DNA of 48,411 nucleotides from Candidatus Methylomirabilis sp. Its GTDB lineage: Bacteria; Methylomirabilota; Methylomirabilia; Methylomirabilales; CSP1-5. A program made the position numbers and the translations under genes. Positions 18,046 through 27,473 of the stretch are shown piece after piece (within the stretch, counting starts at the first letter, position 1; each line of letters opens with the position of its first letter). The notes below the pieces were generated by a model that had not been told where the DNA came from, searched no databases, and worked only from the letters and a program-made list of their open reading frames with translations. The stretch covers positions 1-48,411 of the forward strand of contig JAAXQN010000022.1 of the NCBI GenBank assembly GCA_012974305.1, written 5' to 3'.

Positions 18046-18294
18046 CTACATCTTCTCCTTCTTTAAAATTTCGAGGGCCGCTTCCAGCTTCTCGACAGCA
18101 TCATCGTGCTCGCCGGCCTTATGGAGCTTTATACCTTGTTCGCAAAGCTTCTTCACCTCTTCGTTCTTCTTGATCTTGAGCAGCTCTTGACACTGGGCGT
18201 AGAGGTTCGGGCAGTCGAAGGCCGAGACAGGGCCGACCCCAAGTACGAGGGTAAAGGCAAAGGCCAGACAGAACACGGAGGCACTTCTTTTCAT
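18046..18294 (-). CDS. Small secreted Cys-containing helical hypothetical protein
   Basis: RBS AAGGAGGT; Sec signal peptide ending VSA; amphipathic helical mature part. Confidence 0.75.
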   Translation of the reverse strand: MKRSASVFCLAFAFTLVLGVGPVSAFDCPNLYAQCQELLKIKKNEEVKKLCEQGIKLHKAGEHDDAVEKLEAALEILKKEKM

Positions 18295-18370
18295 GCTGGT
18301 TCACCTCCTTTCCGGGGGAGCTTTTCACTCCTTATTAACGTTCGACTACGGGTGATTGTTTCCCTTTTCC

Positions 18371-18616
18371 TTAGTCATGGCAGCGGATTTTCAAATAGAC
18401 CTGGTCGATCCAATCGCGGAGCCCCTCAGAAACATACCCCCCTTCGGGGTCCGAATTTTCCAGCAGAGCGGGTGAGAGAATAAAAGGACCCCTTCCGTCG
18501 ATCTCGGCCTCGAACAGGCCGAGATGATGGGAACGAATCAGAATCGCCCCCACAGGAAGTCCCTCCAACTGAAAGGCGAGTTGAAGACGCTGTGTCAATC
18601 GCTCGTAATTCTCCAT
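18371..18616 (-). CDS. Hypothetical protein (81 aa)
   Basis: Co-oriented ORF filling the gap between metX and the secreted protein; no recognised motif. Confidence 0.5.
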   Translation of the reverse strand: MENYERLTQRLQLAFQLEGLPVGAILIRSHHLGLFEAEIDGRGPFILSPALLENSDPEGGYVSEGLRDWIDQVYLKIRCHD

Positions 18617-18676
18617 AGCCTTGAACTGCTTGAGTCGGCGAGCCCTAGTGAGAGCCGGATGGCTGTCGGAGCTCGG

Positions 18677-19813
18677 TCATGCGCTCTCCAAGAATTCCCG
18701 CAGGACTTGTGCAGCCTTGTGAATCTCCAGTATCCCGGCCAGATGCCCGCCGTCACTTTCCAGTTCGAAGGCGGTGGCCGTCACGCCCGCCTGTTGCAGG
18801 GTGTTGAGCAGTTTTTGGGATTGGTAGGGCGGAAGAAATACATCAGAAGAGCAGGGGATCAATAAGACCTTGGCTCGGATCCGTGCGAGCGCCTCTTCAA
18901 AGGAATTGAACCCTATGCCGGCCCGGTACAAGGCAGTGGCCTTCGCCAGGTAGATATAGGAGTTGGCATCGGTTTGTGCCGCCCGTTCTCTGGCCACTTT
19001 GTCGATCTCTGTCTCGATCAGGAATCGGTTCTCCAGCGACGCTGAGGGGCTGCTCCCTTGATCGGCCGGGGCTCGGCCCAGCGTTCGGTCCGCCCAGGGT
19101 TGACTGAGCGCAATCATCGTCAGAGCCGTGAAGGCCACGGTGAGACCTTCCACGGGCTCCGCCTTCCCGTAGTAGTCACCGTTCTGCCAGTTTGGATCGA
19201 GTCGGATTGCCATTTCGGCAACGCGTCCCGGCATTATAATTACCCAAGGGTGAAGCTCGCCGGCACTGATGACCAGGATAGCCCGCTTCACCATGTCGGG
19301 GTAGGCGAGGGCCCACTCGAGAGCCTGAAAGCCGCCCATCGAAGGGCCGGCCACGGCGTGAAGCCGCTCGATGCCTAACGAGCGGATTAAAGCGTGCTGG
19401 ACGTTGATGAAGTCCCGGATGGTGACGATCGGCAAGGACATCCCGTACGGTCTGCCCGTTTCGGGATTAATAGAGGCAGGCCCTGTCGTGACCACTCGTG
19501 GGTCTTTCACGTTGATGTTGCATAGCGTGTCAGAGCTGATAATGAAATACCGATCGGTATCGAAAGGCTTATTGGGGCCGATGACAGCATCCCAGTACCC
19601 GGGGAGCTTTTCGATTTCGGTATAGCGCCCTGCGGCATGTGACGTGCCGGAAAAGGAATGACAGATCAAGATGGCGTTATCTTTGGCCGGGGAAAGTCTG
19701 CCATAGGTCTCGTAGCCGACCCGGATCTGCTTCAGCGTCGCCCCACTCAAAAGTTCCAGGCGATCCAGTTCAAAAATATGCTTGTTGACAATCATGAGAT
19801 CGGGCCCAGGCAC
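18677..19813 (-). CDS. metX: MetX-family homoserine O-acyltransferase (alpha/beta hydrolase)
   Basis: GYETYG, NAILICHSFSG, GYWD.VIGP, GPSMGG, DANSY, GGHL motifs; exact start uncertain. Confidence 0.75.
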   Translation of the reverse strand: MPGPDLMIVNKHIFELDRLELLSGATLKQIRVGYETYGRLSPAKDNAILICHSFSGTSHAAGRYTEIEKLPGYWDAVIGPNKPFDTDRYFIISSDTLCNINVKDPRVVTTGPASINPETGRPYGMSLPIVTIRDFINVQHALIRSLGIERLHAVAGPSMGGFQALEWALAYPDMVKRAILVISAGELHPWVIIMPGRVAEMAIRLDPNWQNGDYYGKAEPVEGLTVAFTALTMIALSQPWADRTLGRAPADQGSSPSASLENRFLIETEIDKVARERAAQTDANSYIYLAKATALYRAGIGFNSFEEALARIRAKVLLIPCSSDVFLPPYQSQKLLNTLQQAGVTATAFELESDGGHLAGILEIHKAAQVLREFLESA

Positions 19814-19922
19814 GGGGTTGTACAGATGTCCTCCTAGTTTACGTCTGCAGTGATGATTGTCAACGAGAGCGATTCGCGAGTGCGTGAAGGGAAAGGGTCG
19901 TGGGTAGAGGGAAACAGGGGAC

Positions 19923-20975
19923 TCAGGGAGTCACTTCGATCTCGCCAGCACCCGCCACAATCTCACCGATGCTTGCAGCGGCGAGCGTCTTGGCGTCTTG
20001 TAGGCGCTTGACGAGTTGGGCACTTTTCTCTTTGGGGACAGCGATCAAGAGGCCGCCCGAGGTCTGTGCATCGCAGAGGATCAGTTGCGCTTCCTCGGTA
20101 ATCTCCCGTGCCCATGTGACCTTTCCCTCCAAGGCCTGGTGATTCCGTTTGGTCCCGCCGGGACAGATTCCATCCTTCACCAGATTCCAGGCATCGGGGA
20201 GCACTGGGATCGCGTTGAGAGAAATGCGGGCACCGACACCGCTGCCAGCCGTCATCTCATTCAGGTGTCCAAGGAGGCCAAAGCCCGTAATGTCCGTGCA
20301 CGCATCCACTCCCACCTCAACCATCGCCTCGGCGGCAGCCTTGTTTAACATGGTCATGATGTGCACAGTCTGTTGCATGGTGTCTTGAGAGACCTGCTCC
20401 CGCTTGATCCCGGTGGTGATGATCCCGAGCCCTAGCGGCTTGGTCAGGACCAGGTCATCCCCAACCCGGGCTCCGGCATTGGTGAGTATCTTCTTCGGGT
20501 GCACGAGGCCGGTCACCACTAATCCGTACTTGGGTTCCGGATCATCGATGCTGTGCCCTCCGATAATGGAGGCCCCGGCCTCCTTGACCTTGTCGGCTCC
20601 GCCCTGAAGGATCGCAGTTAACACGTCAAGGGAAAGCTTTCCGACCGGGAAACCGACCAGATTGAGGGCAAAGATCGGCTGGGCCCCCATGGCGTACATG
20701 TCGCTGAGGGAGTTGGCTGCGGCCACTGCCCCGCAGGCATACGGATCGTCCACGACCGGAGTGATATAGTCGACAGACTGCACCACGGCCAGATCGTCAG
20801 TGAGCTGGTAGACCGCGGCATCGTCAGCGGTCTCCGGGCCCACGAGGATCCGCGGGTCACTGAAGGTGGGTAATTGACTCAGCACCTGAGCCAGGTCCGT
20901 CGGACTGATTTTGCAGGCTCAACCCGCGCCGTGAGACAGGGTTGTCAGCCGGATCTTTTCCCGGAGATCGGTCAT
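19923..20975 (-). CDS. selD: Selenide, water dikinase (selenophosphate synthetase), selenoprotein with Sec19
   Basis: Upstream of the tracked ORF the frame reads ATG(20975) MTDLREKIRLTTLSHGAG-UGA(20919-20921)-ACKISP.., with RBS GGAGGA. Body has DDAAVY, ANSLSD.YAMG, GGHS, TDITGFGLLGH, DAQTSGGLL. Confidence 0.95.
20886..20921 (-). promoter_or_regulatory. Putative bacterial SECIS hairpin
   Basis: mRNA UGAGCC-UGCAAAAUCA-GUCC-GAC-GGAC-CU-GGCUCA: UGAGCC/GGCUCA lower stem, GUCC/GGAC upper stem, G-starting apical loop. Confidence 0.6.
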
Positions 20976-20994
20976 CGGTTTCCTCCAGTTGAGG

Positions 20995-21510
20995 CTACTT
21001 GAGCTTTTCCGCTAGGGCACGGTCCTTGGCCGCAACTTCCTGCGCAAGTGACTTCTTAAACGTATTAAGTTGTTTATTAAGTTTTCCATCATAAATACTT
21101 AATATCTCAGCAGAATAAATTCCGGCGTTCTTTGCACCCGCTTTGCCCACTGCCATGGTAGCTACGGGGACCCCCCCGGGCATTTGGGCCGTGGAGAGCA
21201 GCGCATCCAGGCCGTGCAGCGGGCTCGATTCAATGGGGACTCCAATGACCGGCAACGTGGTCTCGGCCGCGATAATGCCGGCTAGGTGCGCTGCGCCACC
21301 CGCCCCCGCAATGATCACTTTGAGCCCTCGTGCCTGGGCGGTCCGTGAATACTCGATCGCCTGAGCGGGGGCCCGGTGGCACGAGATCACGCGCACCTCG
21401 TGGGGAATGCCAAAATACTTCAATGCCTTTGCGGCCTCCTCCATGATGGGGAAGTCTGAGTCACTCCCCATCACGATTCCAACCAAAGGCTTTTTGCGTT
21501 CACGACTCAT
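20995..21510 (-). CDS. purE: N5-carboxyaminoimidazole ribonucleotide mutase
   Basis: [40 protein letters not shown]. Confidence 0.96.
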   Translation of the reverse strand: MSRERKKPLVGIVMGSDSDFPIMEEAAKALKYFGIPHEVRVISCHRAPAQAIEYSRTAQARGLKVIIAGAGGAAHLAGIIAAETTLPVIGVPIESSPLHGLDALLSTAQMPGGVPVATMAVGKAGAKNAGIYSAEILSIYDGKLNKQLNTFKKSLAQEVAAKDRALAEKLK

Positions 21511-21525
21511 GGTCTACCGTCTCCC

Positions 21526-21593
21526 GTTCATGGTTCAGGGTTCAGCGTTTTCTGAACTATGAACCATAAACCCTGAACCTTCAACCCTGAACT
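21526..21593. repeat. Inverted heptamer arrays (GTTCANN)3 / (NTGAACY)6
   Basis: GTTCATG GTTCAGG GTTCAGC .. CTGAACT ATGAACC ATAAACC CTGAACC TTCAACC CTGAACT in the purD-purE spacer. Confidence 0.75.
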
Positions 21594-22872
21594 AGCCCGT
21601 CAACCGGTCAAGCGCCTTCTTTCCAATGTCGTTCCGATAGTGGACGCCCTCCCAGTATATCTTCTTGACGCCCTCGTACGCGTTGGCAATAGCCTCTGGG
21701 ATGTCCTTCCCGAGCCCGGTGACATTGAGGACCCGGCCACCGTCCGTGACCACCTTGCCGTTTCTCAGCGTGGTCCCGGCGTGAAAGATGACCACCCCGG
21801 GCACACCCGCTGCCTCATCCAGGCCCGAGATCGCTTTCCCCTTTTCATAGTTGCCGGGGTAGCCTCCCGAGGCCATGACCACACACACGGCAGGCTCAGG
21901 CCTCCATTCAAGTGTGACCTCGTGAAGGCGGTCGTCAATCACCGCCTCGAGCACTGGAATCAAATCTGAAGCCATGCGGGCCACCAGGGGTTGCGCCTCC
22001 GGATCACCAAAGCGGCCGTTGAACTCCAAGGTCTTGGGTTTCCCATCTTTGATCATCAACCCGGCATACAAGACCCCCTTGTAGGGGTGGCCTTCTGCCG
22101 CCATCCCCCGGACGGCCGGGATCATAACTCGTTCCATGATCTCTCGGTCAATCGCTTCAGTGACTACGGGCGCAGGAGAATACGCCCCCATTCCCCCGGT
22201 ATTGGGGCCCTGGTCGTTGTCGAAGATCGGCTTGTGATCCTGAGAGGAGGCCATGGGCAGGACTGTTTTGCCATCGGTAAAAGCGAGGAAGGAGGCCTCT
22301 TCACCGGTGAGGCATTCCTCGATGACCACGCGGTCTCCGGCGTCGCCAAAGACTCGCTCCTCCATAATGGTGCTGATCGCCTGGTGAGCCTCTTCGAGGG
22401 TCTGACAGACTATGGCCCCCTTGCCAGCGGCCAGACCGTCGGCCTTGACCACGATGGGGGCCCCCATCTTCTCCAGATAGTCCCTGGCCTGGCGGGCATC
22501 ATCGAAGATTTCGTATTCGGCCGTGGGGATCCCGTATTTTCGCATCAGATTCTTGGCAAAGATCTTACTCCCCTCAATCCTGGCTGCGTCCCGGCGCGCT
22601 CCAAAGATCCGCAGCCCCCGCGCCTCGAATTCATCCACAATGCCCAGGGTCAGGGGGACCTCTGGGCCGACGAGGGTGAGGTCGATCTTTTCATTGACGG
22701 CGAACTCCACGAGATCGGCGATGTCGGTGGCTCCAATACTAATGCAGGTAGCGATCTGGGCCATCCCCGCGTTGCCGGGGGCAGCATAGAGGAGGGGCTT
22801 TCGAGGACTCTGGGCAAGCTTCCATAGAAGAGAGTGTTCCCTTCCCCCTTGTCCAACCGCCAGGATCTTCAT
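21592..22872 (-). CDS. purD: Phosphoribosylamine-glycine ligase
   Basis: GGREH, APGNAG, VGPEVPL, KADGLAAGKG, QDHK, NTGGMGAYSP, RFGDPE. Confidence 0.97.
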   Translation of the reverse strand: MKILAVGQGGREHSLLWKLAQSPRKPLLYAAPGNAGMAQIATCISIGATDIADLVEFAVNEKIDLTLVGPEVPLTLGIVDEFEARGLRIFGARRDAARIEGSKIFAKNLMRKYGIPTAEYEIFDDARQARDYLEKMGAPIVVKADGLAAGKGAIVCQTLEEAHQAISTIMEERVFGDAGDRVVIEECLTGEEASFLAFTDGKTVLPMASSQDHKPIFDNDQGPNTGGMGAYSPAPVVTEAIDREIMERVMIPAVRGMAAEGHPYKGVLYAGLMIKDGKPKTLEFNGRFGDPEAQPLVARMASDLIPVLEAVIDDRLHEVTLEWRPEPAVCVVMASGGYPGNYEKGKAISGLDEAAGVPGVVIFHAGTTLRNGKVVTDGGRVLNVTGLGKDIPEAIANAYEGVKKIYWEGVHYRNDIGKKALDRLTG

Positions 22873-22894
22873 GTGTAGCCTCCTCGAAAAATGA

Positions 22895-23035
22895 TGACCG
22901 ACGACCGATGACCGTCAAGGGCCAAGGATTTGCCGTTCTCAGTTCGCGGTTCACTGTGCGCAGATAAGAATTGACAGCTCGTTGACCGATGATTGTTTGA
23001 CGACTACCGTTTTTTCGGTCGTCGGTCATCGGTGA
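22895..23035. repeat. Inverted heptamer arrays (YGACCGA)3 .. (TCGGTCR)3
   Basis: TGACCGA CGACCGA TGACCGT (22895-22915) and TCGGTCG TCGGTCA TCGGTGA (23015-23035), with GTTCNNN units between. Confidence 0.75.
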
Positions 23036-23043
23036 TCGCCTTT

Positions 23044-24633
23044 TTAGTGGCGGAAGTGCCGCATGCCGGCAAAGACCATGGCCATGTCGTGCTCGTCAGC
23101 CGCCTGGATGGCCTCGGCATCCCGCATCGAGCCCCCTGGTTGAATAATGGCAGTGGCGCCCGCCTCGGCGACGACATCGACTCCGTCCCGAAAGGGAAAG
23201 AAAGCATCAGATGCCACCACCGTGCCCTTGAGGGAAGACTGTGCTTTCATGATGGCCACCCGGCAAGCATCCACCCGGCTCATCTGCCCGGCCCCGATCC
23301 CGACGGTCGCGTTGGCGGTGGTGAAGACAACGGCGTTCGACCTGACATGTTTTGCGATCTTCCAGGCGAAGGTCAGCGCCTCCCACTCCGCCGGGGCTGG
23401 CTTTCGTTTGGTCACGACACTCAAGGCGGTCTTATCCAGGTCCGCGCGGTCTCGTTCCTGAAGGAGAAGCCCCCCGGAGATCCGTCGTAGGTCCCAGGGG
23501 TCGGGTAGGGCCTGCCACTCGGCCGCCGGGATCTGCATCACCCGGAGATTCTCTCGAGTTCGCAATATCTCCTTGGCCCTCTCGGTGTAGTCCGGGGCAA
23601 TGACCGCTTCAACGAAGGTAGAAGCAAGCTCCGTCGCCATCGCATCGTCCACAGTGCGGTTGAGTCCCACGACCCCGCCGTAGGCCGAGACGGGATCCGT
23701 ACTGTGGGCCTGACGATAGGCTTCGACCAATGGCTCGCCGATGCCGACGCCGCACGGGGTGTTGTGCTTGATGATGCACGCCGCCGGGACGGCGAACTCC
23801 AGGACGAGGTATAAGGCGCTATCGAGATCCAACAGATTGGTGTACGAGAGTGCCTTTCCTTGCAATTGCTGGGCGTTGGCCATGCAGGGCCCCTTGACCT
23901 GTAGCTCTCGGTACAGCGCTGCCTGTTGATGTGGATTCTCGCCGTACCGGAGAGACTGGACCTTTGCGAATGCTCGTGCCAGGAAGGGCGGAAAAGACTG
24001 GGGCCACTCTGCCGTTAGGGAGGCGTCGGTACAGCTCACCGTGCTCAAGAAGCTTCCAATGACTCCTTCGTACCGGCTGGTGAGCTGAAATGCCGCTTGT
24101 GCGAGCCGCAGACGAGTTGTCAGAGAGATCCCGCCGGATTGTTTTAACTCGTCCAAGATTTGGGAGTACTGTTGAGGTTCGGTGAGGATGGCCACCCACT
24201 CAAAGTTCTTGGCAGCCGAGCGAATGAGGGTCGGTCCGCCGATATCGATCTGCTCGATAGCACGGGCCAGGTCCGATGCGTCCTCGGCGATCGTCGCCTC
24301 GAAAGGATACAGATTGATAGCGACGAGGTCGATGGGGGAGATGTGTTGCTGTTCGAGCTGGCGCTGGTGCTCCGGATCAGCGCGGCTGGCCAGAATGGCT
24401 CCGTGAATGGCTGGATGGAGGGTTTTCACGCGACCTTCCAGCATCTCTGGAACGCCGGTCACGTCTGCTACCTCAGTGACGGTCACTCCCGCCCCTCGCA
24501 GATACTCGGCCGTCTTCCCTGTGGAGATCAGCTCGACGCCGAGTTCCGTTAATCCTTTGGCGAACTCGACAATTCCTGTCTTGTCCGAGACACTCAAGAG
24601 AGCCCGTCGGATCCGGATGCGTCCTTTTTCCAT
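23044..24633 (-). CDS. purH: Bifunctional AICAR formyltransferase / IMP cyclohydrolase
   Basis: [51 protein letters not shown]. Confidence 0.97.
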   Translation of the reverse strand: MEKGRIRIRRALLSVSDKTGIVEFAKGLTELGVELISTGKTAEYLRGAGVTVTEVADVTGVPEMLEGRVKTLHPAIHGAILASRADPEHQRQLEQQHISPIDLVAINLYPFEATIAEDASDLARAIEQIDIGGPTLIRSAAKNFEWVAILTEPQQYSQILDELKQSGGISLTTRLRLAQAAFQLTSRYEGVIGSFLSTVSCTDASLTAEWPQSFPPFLARAFAKVQSLRYGENPHQQAALYRELQVKGPCMANAQQLQGKALSYTNLLDLDSALYLVLEFAVPAACIIKHNTPCGVGIGEPLVEAYRQAHSTDPVSAYGGVVGLNRTVDDAMATELASTFVEAVIAPDYTERAKEILRTRENLRVMQIPAAEWQALPDPWDLRRISGGLLLQERDRADLDKTALSVVTKRKPAPAEWEALTFAWKIAKHVRSNAVVFTTANATVGIGAGQMSRVDACRVAIMKAQSSLKGTVVASDAFFPFRDGVDVVAEAGATAIIQPGGSMRDAEAIQAADEHDMAMVFAGMRHFRH

Positions 24634-24793
24634 CCTCTGTCCGTCGCCCCCGGGCAGCTCGCCGGGTTTGTTGCCCGACTGGTGAGGCGGCGCTCCTTAT
24701 ATGGTTCCCGGTGTACTCGAGTTGCCTGCAGACTTCGGTGGCGCGTGAGAAGAACCGCGTGTTCCGTTGGCAAGAGCGAAAAATCGACGCAAT

Positions 24794-25462
24794 TTAGGGA
24801 TGAATATACCTCCATCCCTCCTTGATCGGGCGCTCCGAATCACTCCCTTTACAAAAGACACGCCGTCCTCTGACCTCGAGCCGACCCTCGGCATAGAGCT
24901 GGATCGCGCGCGGATAAATCTGATGTTCGTACTTTAAAATCCGGGCGGAGAGTGTGTCCTCGGTGTCGTCGTCGAAGACGGGAACAATGGCCTGAATGAT
25001 AATTGGCCCGGTGTCGACCCCCTCATCGGCAAAGTGGACGGTGCAGCCAGAGAACTTCACGCCGTGGTGAAGGGACTTGCCTTGAACGTGGAGTCCCGGA
25101 AAGGAGGGAAGAAGGGCTGGGTGGATATTCATGATGCGATGGCGAAAACGGTGGATAAAGCCGGCGCTCAGGACGCGCATGTAGCCGGCCAGGCAGACCA
25201 ACCCCACCTGGTGCTCGGTGAGAACAGCGGCCATCGCCTCATTAAAAGCTTCGCGGGATGCGTGCGCTTTGGGATCGACAAAAGCGGGTGCGATGCGGTG
25301 GCGTCGGGCGCGCTCGAGAGCATAGGCGTCTTTGACATCACTGACCACGACGACCACGGCCGCGTCGAGCTTTCCCGCCTCGTTGGCATCGATGATTGCC
25401 TGGAGGTTCGAGCCTCGGCCCGACACGAGCACGCCGACGCGCAGCTTATCCTTTGTCGCCAT
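24794..25462 (-). CDS. purN: Phosphoribosylglycinamide formyltransferase
   Basis: SGRGSNLQA, LAGYMR, NIHPALLPSFPG, GCTVHF, DTGPII. Confidence 0.97.
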   Translation of the reverse strand: MATKDKLRVGVLVSGRGSNLQAIIDANEAGKLDAAVVVVVSDVKDAYALERARRHRIAPAFVDPKAHASREAFNEAMAAVLTEHQVGLVCLAGYMRVLSAGFIHRFRHRIMNIHPALLPSFPGLHVQGKSLHHGVKFSGCTVHFADEGVDTGPIIIQAIVPVFDDDTEDTLSARILKYEHQIYPRAIQLYAEGRLEVRGRRVFCKGSDSERPIKEGWRYIHP

Positions 25463-25847
25463 CGCACCTCCTGTTGCCTGAATCTAACAAAGCCGGTCTC
25501 GCCCCGGCAAGGGATTTTCCCTGCATCGGACCCCCGTCGTTTCGTTGTACACACACGGACTGCTCACAGTGATCTCAGGGGTCGGATACGGTTTTTCGCG
25601 GGGTATCTCCCTGACATATATTATGTGCCCCATGAAGTAGTACCAGGGGGGGGATTTTTCTAAAGTATTTTATAATGCTAATCACTATAACCTCTTGTGA
25701 AATAATGACAAAATTGCATAATGGTAGGATGCCGGTGGCACAGCGCTTCAGGTGATATCGGTCCGCACCATGTGGCGGGGGGAAGGCAGGTCTGAGTCTA
25801 TTAGGGAAGGGCAGGGTTGTCAATCCCTCAGGGATGATAAAAATCTC

Positions 25848-25877
25848 TTGACATGGGGGTATGGGGGATGGTAGAAA
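25848..25877 (+). promoter_or_regulatory. Putative sigma-70 promoter of the sulfur cluster
   Basis: TTGACA (25848)-18 nt-TAGAAA, preceded by TGG, about 50 nt upstream of the Rrf2 ATG. Confidence 0.5.
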
Positions 25878-25883
25878 GACGAC

Positions 25884-25908
25884 AATATCGATAGACAATG
25901 TCGACATA
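25884..25908. promoter_or_regulatory. Putative Rrf2 operator (autoregulatory)
   Basis: 25-bp imperfect palindrome AATATCGATAGACAATGTCGACATA between the -10 and the RBS; GA..TC spacing as in IscR-type boxes. Confidence 0.5.
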
Positions 25909-25925
25909 AGACGGAGTGAGGAATA

Positions 25926-26384
25926 ATGAAGGTTTCGACGAAAGGCGATTACGCGACAAGGGCGTTGCAGGAACTTTCCATGCACTACAAGCACTACAAC
26001 AAAGGCCTGCTCCAGATCGAGGAGATTGCCGAGCGACAAGACATCCCGGTCAGGTATCTTGAGCAACTGCTACTGATCCTCAAGCGGGCAGGGTACTTGG
26101 AAAGTAAGCGAGGCGTCAATGGGGGGTACTCCCTTGCGAAACCCCCCCATCAGATTACCCTGGGGGAGATCATACGGCTGATGGAAGGTCCCCCGGCCCC
26201 CATCTATTGCGTCGATCCTCTATCGCGTGACAAGTGTTCCGTGGAAAAGGGCTGCGGCTTCCAAAGCGTATGGGGGGAAGTCAGGGACGCCATTTCTGAC
26301 ATCCTGGATAACATTACTTTTGAGGAAATTTGCCGTCGGGCGCAGTTGAAGATTACACCGAAGATTATGAGCTATCAAATCTAA
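25926..26384 (+). CDS. Rrf2-family regulator (IscR/CymR-like)
   Basis: STKGDY, YLEQLL, SKRGVNGGY wHTH; three clustered Cys; C-terminal MSYQI. Confidence 0.93.
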   Translation: MKVSTKGDYATRALQELSMHYKHYNKGLLQIEEIAERQDIPVRYLEQLLLILKRAGYLESKRGVNGGYSLAKPPHQITLGEIIRLMEGPPAPIYCVDPLSRDKCSVEKGCGFQSVWGEVRDAISDILDNITFEEICRRAQLKITPKIMSYQI

Positions 26385-26389
26385 ATCGA

Positions 26390-26524
26390 TGACCGACGAC
26401 CGATGACAGGAAAACCAATGACCGACTATCGACCACCGACGGCCGCTAGTCAACACCCGACAGCCAAAAGGTCTTTCCGTTTCTTGCGGTGCTCGGATAA
26501 CGGTCATCGGATAACGGTGGACGG
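26390..26524. repeat. Inverted heptamer arrays (YGACCGA .. WCGGNNN)
   Basis: TGACCGA CGACCGA TGACAGG .. TGACCGA CTATCGA CCACCGA .. TCGGATA ACGGTCA TCGGATA ACGGTGG in the Rrf2-cysK spacer. Confidence 0.7.
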
Positions 26525-27454
26525 ATGATGGGAGCACGGATTCCTCGTCTCGCAAAGAATGCGCTAGATCTCATTGGGAACACGCCTATGGTGGAGCTTC
26601 ACAAGGTCTCTCCTCGGAATGGCGCGACCGTTTTGGGAAAGATGGAATCGCTCAATCCGGCCGGGAGTGTCAAGGATCGCATCTCTTGGGCCATGGTTGA
26701 GGAAGCGGAACGGGAGGGGAAACTCAGGCCCGGAGCGACCATTGTCGAACCGACCTCCGGAAACACGGGGATCGGGCTCGCCATGGTGGCGGCAGTGAAG
26801 GGATACCGGCTGATTCTGACCATGCCCGACGATATGAGTCTCGAGCGCAGGACGCTGCTCCAACGGTTCGGGGCGGAGGTGATCTTGACGCCGGCGATTG
26901 AAGGGATGACCGGCGCCGTGTTTGCGGCCGAGGAGCTTTGCCGGGAAGATCCCAACAACTTTATGCCCCAACAATTTAACAACCCGGCGAATCCAGAGAT
27001 TCACCGCCAGACGACCGCTCAGGAGATCCTGGAGGTGACCGAGGGTCGGATTGACGCGCTCGTGGCCGCGGTCGGTACCGGAGGGACCATCACCGGGGTG
27101 GGAGAAATTCTCAAGTCCAAAATCCCAGGTGTCAGGGTCATTGCGGTCGAGCCGGCCAAATCGCCGGTCCTCCAGGGAGGGAAGGCCCGACCTCACGGGA
27201 TTCAGGGCATTGGAGCGAGCTTTATCCCCGGGGTCCTCAATATGGAGGTCCTGGATGAGATTATCGCGGTGACCGACGAGGACGCCTTCAAGATGACGGC
27301 GCGTCTGACCCGGGAAGAGGGGCTCTTGGTCGGGGTCTCGGCCGGGGCCAACGTCTTTGCCGCCGTTCAGGTTGCCCGGCAACTCGAAAAGGGGAAGATC
27401 GTTGTGACCATTATGTGTGATACCGGGGAACGGTATCTCAGTGTGCCATTCTAG
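26525..27454 (+). CDS. cysK: Cysteine synthase A (O-acetylserine sulfhydrylase)
   Basis: IGNTP, NPAGSVKDR, EPTSGNTG, GTGGT, HGIQGIG, DTGERYLS. Confidence 0.93.
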   Translation: MMGARIPRLAKNALDLIGNTPMVELHKVSPRNGATVLGKMESLNPAGSVKDRISWAMVEEAEREGKLRPGATIVEPTSGNTGIGLAMVAAVKGYRLILTMPDDMSLERRTLLQRFGAEVILTPAIEGMTGAVFAAEELCREDPNNFMPQQFNNPANPEIHRQTTAQEILEVTEGRIDALVAAVGTGGTITGVGEILKSKIPGVRVIAVEPAKSPVLQGGKARPHGIQGIGASFIPGVLNMEVLDEIIAVTDEDAFKMTARLTREEGLLVGVSAGANVFAAVQVARQLEKGKIVVTIMCDTGERYLSVPF

Positions 27455-27473
27455 AAGGAAAGGAGTTTGATGC

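Noticed and set aside
24670-24720. tRNA-Sec (GGTGAGGCGGC resembles the selC D-arm) or a ZTP/PRPP riboswitch before purH
   Set aside because: No UCA anticodon arm or T-arm; GACUGGCG/CGCCUGGGC and CUAGGGUUCCG cores are absent.
25575-26066. 163-aa minus-strand ORF in the purN/Rrf2 divergent region
   Set aside because: Antisense to Rrf2 and its promoter, with no motif.
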